In this document: piece after piece, positions 29,612 to 40,332 of the stretch | Layout of the letters: each line of letters starts with the position of its first letter | How positions within the stretch are numbered: position 1 is the first letter of the stretch | Assembly: GCA_964425075.1 (NCBI GenBank) | Contig: CAYRKM010000001.1 | Location: 106,137 to 170,136, forward strand | Direction: 5' to 3' | From: an uncultured Gammaproteobacteria bacterium | GTDB taxonomy: Bacteria; Patescibacteriota; Microgenomatia; Levybacterales; GWA1-39-11 | Length of the DNA: 64,000 nucleotides | Notes under the pieces: generated by a model | What the model saw: only the letters and a program-made list of their open reading frames with translations | Database searches by the model: none | Told to the model about the DNA's origin: nothing | Made by a program: the position numbers and the translations under genes

Positions 29612-29995
29612 ATGGTAAACAATAATACAAACAAGTATGCAAATGTAGAGGAATTACCTGTATGGCAAAAGGCTCATGAATTTACTCTCCTAATCTATAA
29701 GCATTCCTCCGTGTTTCCTTCTTCTGAAGTATATGGTCTCACATCTCAAATCAGAAGATCTACCTCATCCATTCCTGCAAATATAAGCGAAGGATTTTAT
29801 AGAAAAAGTACCAAAGAACTTATTCAATTTATTTATAATGCACGTGGCTCTCTTGGAGAGACTCTTTATCACATTCGATTGGCGAAAGATCTAAAATATT
29901 TAGATGAAAAAACATTTTTATTACTTCGTTCAGAAGCTGAAGATATCAGCAAGCAAATGAACGGCTGGTTAAAAAGCTTAAAATCCAAACTCTAA
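29612..29995 (+). CDS. Four-helix-bundle protein (23S rRNA intervening-sequence protein family)
   Basis: LPVWQKAH, FPSSEVYGLTSQIRRS, SIPANISEG and ARGSLGE. Confidence 0.93.
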   Translation: MVNNNTNKYANVEELPVWQKAHEFTLLIYKHSSVFPSSEVYGLTSQIRRSTSSIPANISEGFYRKSTKELIQFIYNARGSLGETLYHIRLAKDLKYLDEKTFLLLRSEAEDISKQMNGWLKSLKSKL

Positions 29996-30052
29996 TTTTA
30001 CTCCTTCATTTACCATCCACCCACTTATTTACCATTCACCATCAACCATTTA

Positions 30053-32185
30053 TCATTTAATTATGTAGCTTATTTCAATTGCTGTAAAACCAGAGCGTAC
30101 AATGGGGTCAAAAACAGGTGGTTTGGGTGAAAGGCTTGGCTTAGTTTCAAACTGTTCAATGTAAAAAACGATGTTTCGGTAAGTATCGGGTTGACGACTA
30201 AAATAAATCGGTAAAATTTGTTTTGATAAACTGTTGTCATAAAAAGATAAAAATACATAAGGCGAATTAATATGATTTTTAGCGAAATTCACGGCGTCTT
30301 CAGTTTCTCTTTGATTTAAACCAAAATTTATTGCATATTCACGAATTGTTTTATCAATACTTGAGGCATCTATAACTTTTCCATATGCAGGCCGCTCAAG
30401 TTTCATATCTGGATTGTAGTTAAAAGATATATTCTCAACGGATTTTCCGTTTGCAACAAAGGAGCCATTATTGCCTAAAGTAATTTTGAAACCTTCCTCA
30501 GGATTGTAGGCAGTATTTACGGAATAAATTGGTATTCCAACGGACACCTTCAAATTTGTTCCCTCTTCTCCGTACAAATATAACGGGCATGTTCCTGAGC
30601 ACATATTTGTAGCATTGTTTACGCAAGAAGCTTGCTCAGCACCATCAGTAAGAGTTCCACAGGCTTGTGCTGCTGCTGTTTGTGTACAGTCCAATTGAGA
30701 AGTATTATTTGCGTTCGTTGATGAAGGGAAATTATTCCTTGCGATTCTTACAGGTGCAAGCGTTGGTTTTACAACAAATGTATCAAGTTGCAATTGTTCT
30801 CTTTGCGGTTTGACTGCGTTTCTACCCAAAACTGCTGAATCAAAAAAATTTGCATCTGTTAGTGCTATGAATTGTATAAAAGAATCATTATGATTTACAG
30901 CTACACGCTCACCTGTTTTTTGGTCAAAAATGGATACCGCACTAAGAGACTGTTCGTATCTTGCTCCAAGATTTCCCATAGCAGATTGACCGGTAGCAAC
31001 GCTTGTTAGTAAGAGTTTTCCGTTAGATAAAGAGGTTTTAATGGTGTTTACAGATGTTTTAGATGAATCATCATACGCAATGTCAAAATCTATCTTTTTT
31101 GAAGAATTTTGACTAAATGAATAGCTGTGTGTTTCAAGAGATTTCGTTGTAGAGTTTACAACTTGGTATAGAATGTCTCCTGTTGTTAAATCAAAAGTAG
31201 CTGAAGTAAAGACATCATCTCCTTGAGCTGTTATTAATTTTGTCCTGCTTTTTGTTGTAACATCTAATGTTTCTATGGTATTTGCAACCGAAAATACTCT
31301 TTTTGCTCCATTCACAATTTGAGTTCCGTCACCTCTCGCCCCATCATAACCCACAAAAACAAATTTTGATTCATCCTCTGAAAGCGTGGGTTGATTAGCA
31401 TAGGTCCCATCTTGCATAGAAGTAAGATCCCCCCTGCTTGTTCCTGTAAAATTAGAAACGCTCATGCCATATGACCATCCCATGCCAGCGTTTGGTATAA
31501 ATTTATTAACATAAATTTCACCACTACTTGTAATTGCAATGGGATAGCGAATTGTGTTTCCGGGAGTTGCAACCTCGTCATAAATTAAGTTTTTTTGTCC
31601 AGGATTTTGTATATCAATGCTATAAATCCTTGATTTTGCGTCTATAAGCTGAGGGGAATCTGAGGCTAGACTTAATTCCCAGGTTGTTATATATCTACCG
31701 TTTTTAGACACAAAGTAGTCATCTATTCCAAAATTCTCTTCTGCAGTTACAATCACTGTTTCTTTTTTAGAAGAAATATCATAAAGAACAAGAGACTTTG
31801 CATAGTCTCGCGCATCTGTATCTTTTAGAAATAAAAGCTCGTTATTCGATAGAACTTTTACGTTCTTAATATTGGTTGGTAGAGTTGCAAGTGTGGCAGC
31901 TGTATTTGTTGAAAGATCCGTAACTTCAATCACAGAGGAGCTTCCTGCCCAATATCCATACACTAAAGCATTATCGGACAAAAATTTTTTTTCAACTGTC
32001 TGTTTTTGTTGGTTTTGAGAAGACTTGCTATTGTTTTGACGGGCTGAATTCCATGCAAACGCGCCTCCAAATAAAATAATCACAACTAGCAAAACCACTA
32101 CTCCTTTTATATTGGTTCTAGGATCTACTTTCTGAAACCAAGAACTTTGGTTGACTTGTACCTGGGGCTGATTATTTTCTTCCAC
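30053..32185 (-). CDS. Membrane-anchored beta-propeller (TolB-like) protein with Cys-rich linker and PLYLY-type C-terminal domain, paralog 1
   Basis: N-terminal TM, propeller-like repeats, CPLYLYG..PDTYRNIVF; promoter TTGACA-18-TACTAT-6-GTG. Confidence 0.8.
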   Translation of the reverse strand: MEENNQPQVQVNQSSWFQKVDPRTNIKGVVVLLVVIILFGGAFAWNSARQNNSKSSQNQQKQTVEKKFLSDNALVYGYWAGSSSVIEVTDLSTNTAATLATLPTNIKNVKVLSNNELLFLKDTDARDYAKSLVLYDISSKKETVIVTAEENFGIDDYFVSKNGRYITTWELSLASDSPQLIDAKSRIYSIDIQNPGQKNLIYDEVATPGNTIRYPIAITSSGEIYVNKFIPNAGMGWSYGMSVSNFTGTSRGDLTSMQDGTYANQPTLSEDESKFVFVGYDGARGDGTQIVNGAKRVFSVANTIETLDVTTKSRTKLITAQGDDVFTSATFDLTTGDILYQVVNSTTKSLETHSYSFSQNSSKKIDFDIAYDDSSKTSVNTIKTSLSNGKLLLTSVATGQSAMGNLGARYEQSLSAVSIFDQKTGERVAVNHNDSFIQFIALTDANFFDSAVLGRNAVKPQREQLQLDTFVVKPTLAPVRIARNNFPSSTNANNTSQLDCTQTAAAQACGTLTDGAEQASCVNNATNMCSGTCPLYLYGEEGTNLKVSVGIPIYSVNTAYNPEEGFKITLGNNGSFVANGKSVENISFNYNPDMKLERPAYGKVIDASSIDKTIREYAINFGLNQRETEDAVNFAKNHINSPYVFLSFYDNSLSKQILPIYFSRQPDTYRNIVFYIEQFETKPSLSPKPPVFDPIVRSGFTAIEISYIIK

Positions 32186-32234
32186 AGTTAAATAGTAGAC
32201 TTAAAGATATATTCATGTCAAGAAAATTTAATGA

Positions 32235-34370
32235 TTACCTAACGATGGAGCTTATCTCGATTGCTGTAAAACCAAAACGCACAATGGGGTCAAAGACAGG
32301 AGGTTTGGGTGAAAGGTTTGGCTTAGTTTCAAACTGTTCAAAATAGAACACAATGTTTCGATATGTATCAGGATGTATCGAAAAGTATAGAGGTAGGATT
32401 TGTTTTGAGAGATTATCATCATAAAATGAAACGTACACATAGGGGCTTGTAATTTCTTTTGCAAACATCACACTATCTTCTGTTTCCTTTTGATTAAATC
32501 CTAATTTTTCAGAATATTCCTTAATGGTTTGCTTGAGATCTGAAAGTTTTACAATTTTTCCGTAAGAAGGTCTAGATAATTTTCTGATGGCAGATGTGTA
32601 ATCAAAGGAGATACTTTCAACTACACTTCCATTTGCCCGAAACTTCCCATCCGATAAAAGCGTAATATCAAATCCATTTTGAGGTAAATATAAAACATTT
32701 GTAGAAAAAATTGGAGTACCTACAGATACATTTAAACTAACTCCCTGTTGTCCATATAAATATAACGGGCTTCTATAACACGACCCCGATGTTCCATCTG
32801 CATCTGTCCATGATTGAATAAAACACCCGTCTTTTGTGTCAAGACCCGCACACTGCTGCTGCAAAAGATCACTTCCACAACCCCTGTCTATTGGGGTATT
32901 TTGTATAGGACCTTGTTGAGGCGGTTGACTTTGGTTTATTTCTCGCACTGGAGCAAGTGTAGGTTTTACTGCAAATGTTTCCAATTGAAGCTGCTTTCCC
33001 TGAGAATTAATTGATTTATTTGCCTGCTTGTTTGCATTTAAATTAGAAGTTTTAAAGTATTTAGAACCTTTTAAGGCTATAAATTGCACGTACCCACCAT
33101 TTAGGCTAACTCGTTCACTGCTTCCTGATTTTGGAGTAAAAACTGACAAACTACTTATTGATGGTTCATAACTAAAACCTAGATTCCCAAGCGCTGAGTC
33201 CGAAAGAACACTTTCTGATAACAATAAACTCCCTCCCTGAAGAGATGACCGCACCGATCCTCTATTACCTTCCGGAAGGTCAACTTTTTTAGAGGAATGA
33301 GTGTCAAAATAATATTTATTTATGTCCCTGCCAGTTTTATCATCATAAGAAGCGTAAATTATATTTCCGTCTTGTAAATCCCATTGCGCCTTCTGGTAAA
33401 TTCCGTCAATACCCGAAACCAATTTGGTTCTGATTTTTGTATTTGTATCAAAAACTTCAATAGTATTAGGAGTAACAGACGCTCTTCTGTAACCATTCAC
33501 AATTTCCACACCATCCCCTTTACTACCATCATAGCCTATAAAAAGTATTTTTCCCCCGTCCGGTGATATTATTGGTTGGCTTGAATATGTTCCGTTGGCC
33601 ATTGAAGCAATTTCTGACTTAACTGAACCTGTAAAATTGCTCATACTCATACCATAAGCCCAACCCACACCCGAATTTGGCAAAAATTTATCCATAAAAA
33701 TCTCACCATTATCCGTTATTCCAACAGGATAATGCACTGCAATACCTACGGGCGCAGCCTCATCATAAATTAAATTTTTACTTCCTGGTTTTGAAATATC
33801 AACACTATAAACTCTTGAACGACCTCCCGATAGTATTGATGAATTTGGTGCTGGGCTTATTTCCCATATGGCAATATATTTACCATTTGGTGAAACCACA
33901 TATAAATCAATTCCATACCCTGAATCTGTAGTGGATATAACATTCTCAGTACTATCACTAATCCTATAACTAACAACGCTCTTCCCATAGTCAGATGCGT
34001 CAGTATCTTTTATAAAAATTAAATTGTCATCTGAAACAACACTAACCTGCTTGATGTTATTTGGCAAAACGGCAAGTGTGCTGTTTGTGCTTGTTGATAG
34101 ATCTACTGACTCAATAACTGAATTTTTATCAACCCAATAACCATATACTACTGAATTGTCTGCAAGAAATTTTGTCTCTGTAGACTGCTTTTGTTGTTCT
34201 GTCTCTTTTTTTGAAGAATTTCTCTCAGAATTCCATGCAATCGCACCTCCAAACAAAATAATCACAACTAGCAAAACCACTACTCCTTTTATATTGGTTC
34301 TAGGATCTACTTTCTGAAACCAAGAACTTTGGTTCACCTGAACCTGATGAGGCTGATTATTTTCTTCCAT
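32235..34370 (-). CDS. Membrane-anchored beta-propeller protein, paralog 2
   Basis: Colinear with paralog 1; SPDGGKILF, SPLYLYG; promoter TTGACA-18-TAGTAT-6-ATG. Confidence 0.8.
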   Translation of the reverse strand: MEENNQPHQVQVNQSSWFQKVDPRTNIKGVVVLLVVIILFGGAIAWNSERNSSKKETEQQKQSTETKFLADNSVVYGYWVDKNSVIESVDLSTSTNSTLAVLPNNIKQVSVVSDDNLIFIKDTDASDYGKSVVSYRISDSTENVISTTDSGYGIDLYVVSPNGKYIAIWEISPAPNSSILSGGRSRVYSVDISKPGSKNLIYDEAAPVGIAVHYPVGITDNGEIFMDKFLPNSGVGWAYGMSMSNFTGSVKSEIASMANGTYSSQPIISPDGGKILFIGYDGSKGDGVEIVNGYRRASVTPNTIEVFDTNTKIRTKLVSGIDGIYQKAQWDLQDGNIIYASYDDKTGRDINKYYFDTHSSKKVDLPEGNRGSVRSSLQGGSLLLSESVLSDSALGNLGFSYEPSISSLSVFTPKSGSSERVSLNGGYVQFIALKGSKYFKTSNLNANKQANKSINSQGKQLQLETFAVKPTLAPVREINQSQPPQQGPIQNTPIDRGCGSDLLQQQCAGLDTKDGCFIQSWTDADGTSGSCYRSPLYLYGQQGVSLNVSVGTPIFSTNVLYLPQNGFDITLLSDGKFRANGSVVESISFDYTSAIRKLSRPSYGKIVKLSDLKQTIKEYSEKLGFNQKETEDSVMFAKEITSPYVYVSFYDDNLSKQILPLYFSIHPDTYRNIVFYFEQFETKPNLSPKPPVFDPIVRFGFTAIEISSIVR

Positions 34371-34439
34371 ACTTCTATACTAGAAGTTTTTAACCTATTG
34401 TGTCAACTTTTTGACTTTACCCCGACTAGATCGTGGTTG

Positions 34440-34502
34440 ACCCCGTTAGAAATTTTGAGAAATATTTCCTTTGATTTTTCAAACCAGTTTTTTTAACGGG
34501 GT
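34440..34502. repeat. Short inverted-repeat element in divergent promoter region
   Basis: ACCCCGTTAGAAA ... TTTTTAACGGGGT terminal inverted repeat. Confidence 0.5.
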
Positions 34503-34537
34503 TGACAAATATATTTACCTCCTTCTACTATATATGT

Positions 34538-35089
34538 ATGGAACAGAACGTTGAAGTGCCCACAACTGCTAGCTCCACATCATTCCTCTCACGATATGTA
34601 ATGATTACATCTATTCTTGTTATCATCGGCGTTGCAGGAATTGCTATTTATTTACTTTTAAATAAAGGATCAATAAAACCTACCTCAAATAATCAAACTC
34701 TCGCCTCCTCCCCAAATTGCACGAATGAAAAAATTTATACTGATGTAAAAGAAGCGTTGCTTTTAGAAGGGCAAAAAATTTGCTACATTGATGCAAAAGC
34801 CCCAGACAAAGAATATGTTTTTCCTAGTGATATTGTCAAACATGCAAATACCCGAAATCTAGTCTATCTTTCACTTGATGGATATAACTTATCAGCTATG
34901 AGAGATTCACTTGAAGTTTTACAGGATTTAGAAGTTCTTAAACTCAAAAATGCACATTTGTCCGCACTTCCAAGGGGAATAGACAAACTTACAAAACTTA
35001 AAGAGCTCGATCTTTCAGGTAACGAATTCACTGAAACAGGAAAAAACGAAATCCACCAGAAATTCCCAAATGTAAAAATCAGCTTCTAA
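34538..35089 (+). CDS. Membrane-anchored leucine-rich repeat protein
   Basis: LEVLKLKNAHLSALP and LKELDLSGNEF; TM near N-terminus; promoter TTGACA-18-TACTAT-6-ATG. Confidence 0.85.
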   Translation: MEQNVEVPTTASSTSFLSRYVMITSILVIIGVAGIAIYLLLNKGSIKPTSNNQTLASSPNCTNEKIYTDVKEALLLEGQKICYIDAKAPDKEYVFPSDIVKHANTRNLVYLSLDGYNLSAMRDSLEVLQDLEVLKLKNAHLSALPRGIDKLTKLKELDLSGNEFTETGKNEIHQKFPNVKISF

Positions 35090-35202
35090 AGGAATCCGCA
35101 TTAAGTATTAAGATAGGTATTGAGTTTTGGTTTCAGGGATTCGGCTTGAACTTTTTTTAAACCCCACCGGACATACTACATACAATATACTTATATACCA
35201 AC

Positions 35203-38200
35203 CTATCTGCAGCCCAACAATTCTGTAGTTCCAACACTATCGCTGAAGCGGTATTTTACCGGAGAAAGCGCTTGTGAACAATTAGAGCTGCTGTAAAGAG
35301 TTCTAACAACTGTAGAACCACATGTTGTTGAAGTTGTTACATCACCGGTTACACTTCCAACATACGTATCCCCCCCCCAACAATTTGTAAGTGACTGATT
35401 TGAATATGCAGTGCAAGAGGCGCTGTAATCTTTGTAATACCATCCCTGACAACTTCCCGTTGTAGTACCGTTGGTTGCAGAAGTATATGAACTCTGATCA
35501 TTTACAACGGTAGAATCTCTTGTATAGCTTGAGCCGCCAACGCAATCATAGTCAAAACTACCATCTCCCCTATTAGTCGAGAAGTATGCCGTCTGTCCGG
35601 GTTTTGCATTTGAATTACTGTCATAACAATCTGCTGTACTTTGTGTTCCTCGAGAATTTGCAGCACCACAGTAAGTATAGGAAGTAGCAGAAGCTAAATA
35701 ACCATCTCCATCTGCATCAGCTCCTGTATATCCTGAGCTTGTAGTTGAATTCGTAGAATTACTATCTGCATCGTTACAATCAGTTGTGTTACTTGCATAC
35801 CCTGCAGGAGGACTGCCGGCCCCACATACAGAACTTGACCCATCCCCTGAATAAATTGTTATCTTGATTCCATCAATGCTTGCCGTTCTTGATGATCCAC
35901 TTGTATTCTTATAAGAAACAACAACTCCAAAGCCAGATGCATTTACGTCACTTGAAGTTAGTGTTGTTCCCCACAAATCATTTGCCCTACCATACACCTT
36001 ATTAGTATCAGAACCTGTTAATCTAGAACTTCCTACATCAGCCCTCTCCTCACCTACGATAGACCCACCCTTTACTAACTTTACGCTGTAATCACCTATA
36101 CTACTCGTAGCACTCGCTTTACTCTCAACTTCAACTATTACACCATTTATAGTGCCACTTACATTAAATCCAAAATTGGTAGCTTTTAAGTATCGTGATA
36201 ATGAACCTGCACCAATAGAAGCTGTTGCATATATATTATCTGATGCTCCAACATTTGTTGCATTTGTCCAGCTAACAGAACCTACGCTGTTATCGGTTGC
36301 CGCGGTCTGTGGGAAGGTTGCACTTGATATATTTGATGCAACTCCTTTAGTATCAGCATCACTGTCGGGATAATAAGTGTCAGAAGTCCAACAAGTTGAA
36401 GAGGCCGATACTCCATCGCTACAAAGCCCAGTATCAGCACAATCAGTTGAACCTCCTCCAAGAACAGCAGCCGAAGCTAGTCTAGTATAAGCTCCTGCTG
36501 AATCTTTATAGTAAGTTCTTGTATTTATAACAGAGGTTGCTCCAACACACTGGTCTGAAGCCGCAGCTGAAGTTTTGTACCCATCATTATCACTATCTGT
36601 TACAAGACTTGTAATTGTTTGATAAATATTTGCATTTGCGCTATTACAATCAAATGTATTTACTGCGCGAAGAAGTGAATAATAAGGATATGTACTTGAA
36701 AAACCATTTCTTCTTACAAATCCTGCACCCGGAGAAGTCGCACTCACTGCTCTTGTACCGTCATCAACTACTCCATCTGCATCTGCATCTTTTACCCAAA
36801 CCCCACCCCTAATAAGACTTCCACCACTTGCAAGAATAAGAGTACCACCACTTAATGCAATACTTCCTCTTCCAATTTTTTGGCCTGAATTCAGAGTAAG
36901 AGATGCGCCTGTGCTAAGAGTAAGACTTGCAGTATTTGAAGTTCCAGCTCCTAAATCAACTCCATCATTATCATCATCAAAACTACATGATTCAGAGATT
37001 GTTAGATTGCCAGATGTAGCCGGATCGCAAGGACTTACTTGTCCTGAAGTCGTAGTAAATGCTTGCGGAGTTGTAGAAGTGGTAGTTCCTGCTGAATTCG
37101 TAGCATAAGTACAATACCAATAATTTGTGCTTGGTGTAAGCCAGCTTGGATTCCCATAACCGGTAGTTATGCTTTTCTGTTGTGTTACAGCATTAGTAGT
37201 AAGAGCTATATCGTTTCCGGACAAAAGAGGGACTCTCGTTCCTCCTGTATCATTAGTTGCACAGGTTCCGGGGTCTGACGTAAGTACTCTAAAATGCATT
37301 GTAGTGGCCAAACTATTAGGATTTGCGCTTCCGTTAAGAGTTACCTTGAAGGAGCCTACATTTGTCTCTGCATCTGCAGTAACTGAGTTTGGGGCATTTG
37401 AGGCAGTTGTAAAAGTATCATCCGTTGTATAGCTCGTACCAACTGCATTTGTCGCATATGCTCTATAGTGATATAAAGTGTCTGCGTTTAAGCCAGTTGC
37501 ACTGACTGTAAATACACCTGTTGTTCCAGTTGTACTAAAACATGTTCCTCCAAGAGCAGGATTGGAACTAGTACCAACACATACCCCTCTTCCGGTTATG
37601 CTTGAGCCTCCATTTGAGGTCACATTACCACCTAGGGTTGCGCCACTTGAAGTAATACTTGTGTTGGTAGGGGTTGTAATTGTTGGAGCATCAGGAGGTG
37701 GTACTACAATAGTAAATGCGCGAGATGTCTGAATAGCTCCACTTAACGTAAATGCTCCTGGATTTTCAGAGGAAGCATTCAGCTGTCTGTATGCAGAACC
37801 TGCCAATTGTTGAGAGATACCTCCGGTCTGATTTGAAGGTGTTGTGCTTGTATAGTCAGTTGGATATGTTGAGATAGTACGTGTAGTACCAAAAAGATGA
37901 CCATGTAAATCATAAGCTATCCAAAGCCAATCTTTTGCACCCCCAGTAGGAGTAAACGTTCCGGGATCAACAGAGGAAGTATTAGATCCACTTACTATAC
38001 TACTAACCTGGCTAGCAGATGAAGGATGAGAACCGGTAATAAGATATACCTGGGTTGCCCAACCACCACTCGTGTCTTGGGTAAAGGTTACCGAACCAGA
38101 GCTTTCACTCCCTGAAGCTATTTTTTCATAAACAGAAACATATTGGTTATCATCATATATTCGAGTCCAACCAGAGGGAGCTGAACCCCCACCTCCTCCA

Positions 38201-38829
38201 CCCGATGTAAAAAATGCGGCAACAAGACGGTCACCCGCAGTAACTGCAGGAACTGAAACAGAAAGAGAGGTTTGACTTGAGTTGCTACCATTATTCGTTA
38301 CTGAAGACACAGCAGGAAAAGAAGAACTATCATGAAGTTCAAAAGTATAAATTTGGGTACCGCAATTTCCTGCACTTCCAAGACCGGTTATTTTCCAATA
38401 TTGTGCAGAGGCTGATGTCAGACTTACCAAACCAGTATCTCCCCCTGTTAAATTAGTGGGACTTGTGTAACGGTTTGTCCAATTGCTATCGTCTGTACTT
38501 GATTCAATTTTATACTGAGTCATCCTATGACATTCATTTGATGGCTCTAGCAATCTAAAACCTGTAATAGTTCTTGCTGACCCAAGATTTACTTTTAACC
38601 ATGGAGATGCATTCGTCAATGTAGTAGACATCCAGGCTGTTGAATCATTTACATCAATCGCATCAGCTGGTGTGCCAGAGTAATTATCAATTCCCGTAGC
38701 CGATGCTCCATTTGCAGATGTTGCCCGATTTGCAGCATGTACATTATTTGTAAAAGCAATTTGAAGAAAAATTACAAAAAACAAAATAGCTATACTTTTT
38801 GTAATGTATGATTTTATATATCTATCCAT
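35203..38829 (-). CDS. Large secreted multidomain protein (discoidin/F5-8C, FN3-like, DxDxDG..DC metal-binding repeats)
   Basis: Signal VHA-A; AIDVNDSTAW..PWLKVNLG; YHYRAYATNAVG; DADGDGY/DCNDAD repeats. Confidence 0.8.
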   Translation of the reverse strand: MDRYIKSYITKSIAILFFVIFLQIAFTNNVHAANRATSANGASATGIDNYSGTPADAIDVNDSTAWMSTTLTNASPWLKVNLGSARTITGFRLLEPSNECHRMTQYKIESSTDDSNWTNRYTSPTNLTGGDTGLVSLTSASAQYWKITGLGSAGNCGTQIYTFELHDSSSFPAVSSVTNNGSNSSQTSLSVSVPAVTAGDRLVAAFFTSGGGGGGSAPSGWTRIYDDNQYVSVYEKIASGSESSGSVTFTQDTSGGWATQVYLITGSHPSSASQVSSIVSGSNTSSVDPGTFTPTGGAKDWLWIAYDLHGHLFGTTRTISTYPTDYTSTTPSNQTGGISQQLAGSAYRQLNASSENPGAFTLSGAIQTSRAFTIVVPPPDAPTITTPTNTSITSSGATLGGNVTSNGGSSITGRGVCVGTSSNPALGGTCFSTTGTTGVFTVSATGLNADTLYHYRAYATNAVGTSYTTDDTFTTASNAPNSVTADAETNVGSFKVTLNGSANPNSLATTMHFRVLTSDPGTCATNDTGGTRVPLLSGNDIALTTNAVTQQKSITTGYGNPSWLTPSTNYWYCTYATNSAGTTTSTTPQAFTTTSGQVSPCDPATSGNLTISESCSFDDDNDGVDLGAGTSNTASLTLSTGASLTLNSGQKIGRGSIALSGGTLILASGGSLIRGGVWVKDADADGVVDDGTRAVSATSPGAGFVRRNGFSSTYPYYSLLRAVNTFDCNSANANIYQTITSLVTDSDNDGYKTSAAASDQCVGATSVINTRTYYKDSAGAYTRLASAAVLGGGSTDCADTGLCSDGVSASSTCWTSDTYYPDSDADTKGVASNISSATFPQTAATDNSVGSVSWTNATNVGASDNIYATASIGAGSLSRYLKATNFGFNVSGTINGVIVEVESKASATSSIGDYSVKLVKGGSIVGEERADVGSSRLTGSDTNKVYGRANDLWGTTLTSSDVNASGFGVVVSYKNTSGSSRTASIDGIKITIYSGDGSSSVCGAGSPPAGYASNTTDCNDADSNSTNSTTSSGYTGADADGDGYLASATSYTYCGAANSRGTQSTADCYDSNSNAKPGQTAYFSTNRGDGSFDYDCVGGSSYTRDSTVVNDQSSYTSATNGTTTGSCQGWYYKDYSASCTAYSNQSLTNCWGGDTYVGSVTGDVTTSTTCGSTVVRTLYSSSNCSQALSPVKYRFSDSVGTTELLGCR

Positions 38830-38840
38830 ATATTAATATG

Positions 38841-39800
38841 TCATCTAACTGTTAACCTTTTAGTTAATGTGTTTCCCGCACTGTCATTTGCTGTTATATC
38901 CATCCCGTATTGTGTGTTGTAAGTATCAGTTACTTGCCATGTTCCGGTCCATATTCCGCTTGTTTCCGTTCCGCTTGTCCTAGTCAACGTAAATTCTCTT
39001 GCTTCATTATCAGAATACAAAACCAAAGAGACATTTGCAGAAATTGGGGCTTCTGTATCATCAATCTTTACTTGAACTTGCTGAGCATTTCCAATAGTCT
39101 GCCACAATGGCATCATGGTTAATTCATAGATGTCAGGATTGGTACCTGCTGGATTTCCAATCGCGTAAGTGACTGAACCATCAGGAAGTGGAGTTGGTGT
39201 TGGTGTTCCCGTTAAACCAATTGTTGGAGCAGCTGAGGTGGGAGTTGGCGTTGTTGTTTGGTATGTCTCCTCTCCTCCAAGCAAACTTGAGGCCGAAAGA
39301 CTACTACAATTTACAGAACCTGAAAGTGTACAAGCCCAATTTCCTTCCGAATAGCCTTCGGGAGCACAGTTGGAAAGAGACGAAAGCGGACAAGCGTTAG
39401 TTATTTGCGTTTCACTGGATAATTTGGCAAAAACCACATTCCACTGAGGACAAGTAGTTCCACTTTCTGTTCTATAGCGATAACAACTCCCACTTCCACC
39501 ATCACAGGTTGGATCCTGGGGCACTTTTTTCATATACACAGTGTTTCCAACTCTCCATTCATCTCCAAAAGGAAGTTGAGTTGGATAGCAATGAGTATCG
39601 TTATAATAAGCATCAGCTGCTATTCGGATTTGGGAAATGTCTGATTGTCTCTGAGCATCTCTGCTTTTATTAATTTGTCTTATTGGATTTAGGGTCAAAA
39701 TTACTCCACCACCAAGAGTCGCAAGAATTGTAACTGCAATAAGAACCTCAACAAGAGTAAAGCCTCTTTCTCTTCCTATATATATGCGGGCAGTTCTCAT
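38841..39800 (-). CDS. Type IV pilin/pseudopilin-like protein with C-terminal Ig-like domain
   Basis: Class III signal RG-FTLVEVL, RDAQRQSD and YYND..YP..PQDP; PT-rich linker. Confidence 0.9.
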   Translation of the reverse strand: MRTARIYIGRERGFTLVEVLIAVTILATLGGGVILTLNPIRQINKSRDAQRQSDISQIRIAADAYYNDTHCYPTQLPFGDEWRVGNTVYMKKVPQDPTCDGGSGSCYRYRTESGTTCPQWNVVFAKLSSETQITNACPLSSLSNCAPEGYSEGNWACTLSGSVNCSSLSASSLLGGEETYQTTTPTPTSAAPTIGLTGTPTPTPLPDGSVTYAIGNPAGTNPDIYELTMMPLWQTIGNAQQVQVKIDDTEAPISANVSLVLYSDNEAREFTLTRTSGTETSGIWTGTWQVTDTYNTQYGMDITANDSAGNTLTKRLTVR

Positions 39801-39816
39801 TTTTATAAAATAATTT

Positions 39817-40332
39817 CTATTGAATAATAATTGTTCCAACCAAATTTGTACCTTTTACTTTATATGTATAAGTTCCAGGATTGGTAAATTTAACGTCCTT
39901 TGCATCAGCTACAGCAACTGTAAAATTCAAAAAACTACTTTTTGAGTCTGCTCCTTCAATTACAACTGAATCAGTTCCTATATTAAAAAAGCTAATATTA
40001 TTCCCTGCCTTAATTGTGACGCTTTGGGGATTTAGTCTTCTTGCGTTAATCATTACAGTCATATCCTTTATGGGTGGAATTGTGGGATATGGAGTTGTGT
40101 TTACTCTTTGTGTGGGAAGTGTTGTTACGGGGGTGGATGGTGAAGTCACTTGACTCCCTTTTCCAAAAAGCAAAATAACTGAAAGAATAAGAAAAATTAC
40201 TATTCCGCCTACGAGAACACCCATAATTATCTTTTCATTTCTACTCATAATTCTTTTGAGGTCTGTTGATATGTACCCTTGCTCATCTGCATGAGCATGT
40301 TTTTTGTGGGCATTTTTTCTGTGAGCTTTCAT
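39817..40332 (-). CDS. Membrane-anchored cupredoxin-like domain protein
   Basis: PQSVTIKAGN..F.N and FTNPGTYTY..GTIII; the Cys/His copper ligands are not evident. Confidence 0.6.
   Translation of the reverse strand: MKAHRKNAHKKHAHADEQGYISTDLKRIMSRNEKIIMGVLVGGIVIFLILSVILLFGKGSQVTSPSTPVTTLPTQRVNTTPYPTIPPIKDMTVMINARRLNPQSVTIKAGNNISFFNIGTDSVVIEGADSKSSFLNFTVAVADAKDVKFTNPGTYTYKVKGTNLVGTIIIQ

Noticed and set aside
29612-34370. Diversity-generating retroelement (Avd-like gene next to repeated 3' ends)
   Set aside because: No reverse transcriptase in the window; mismatches between the 3' blocks are not adenine-specific, and both blocks are coding.
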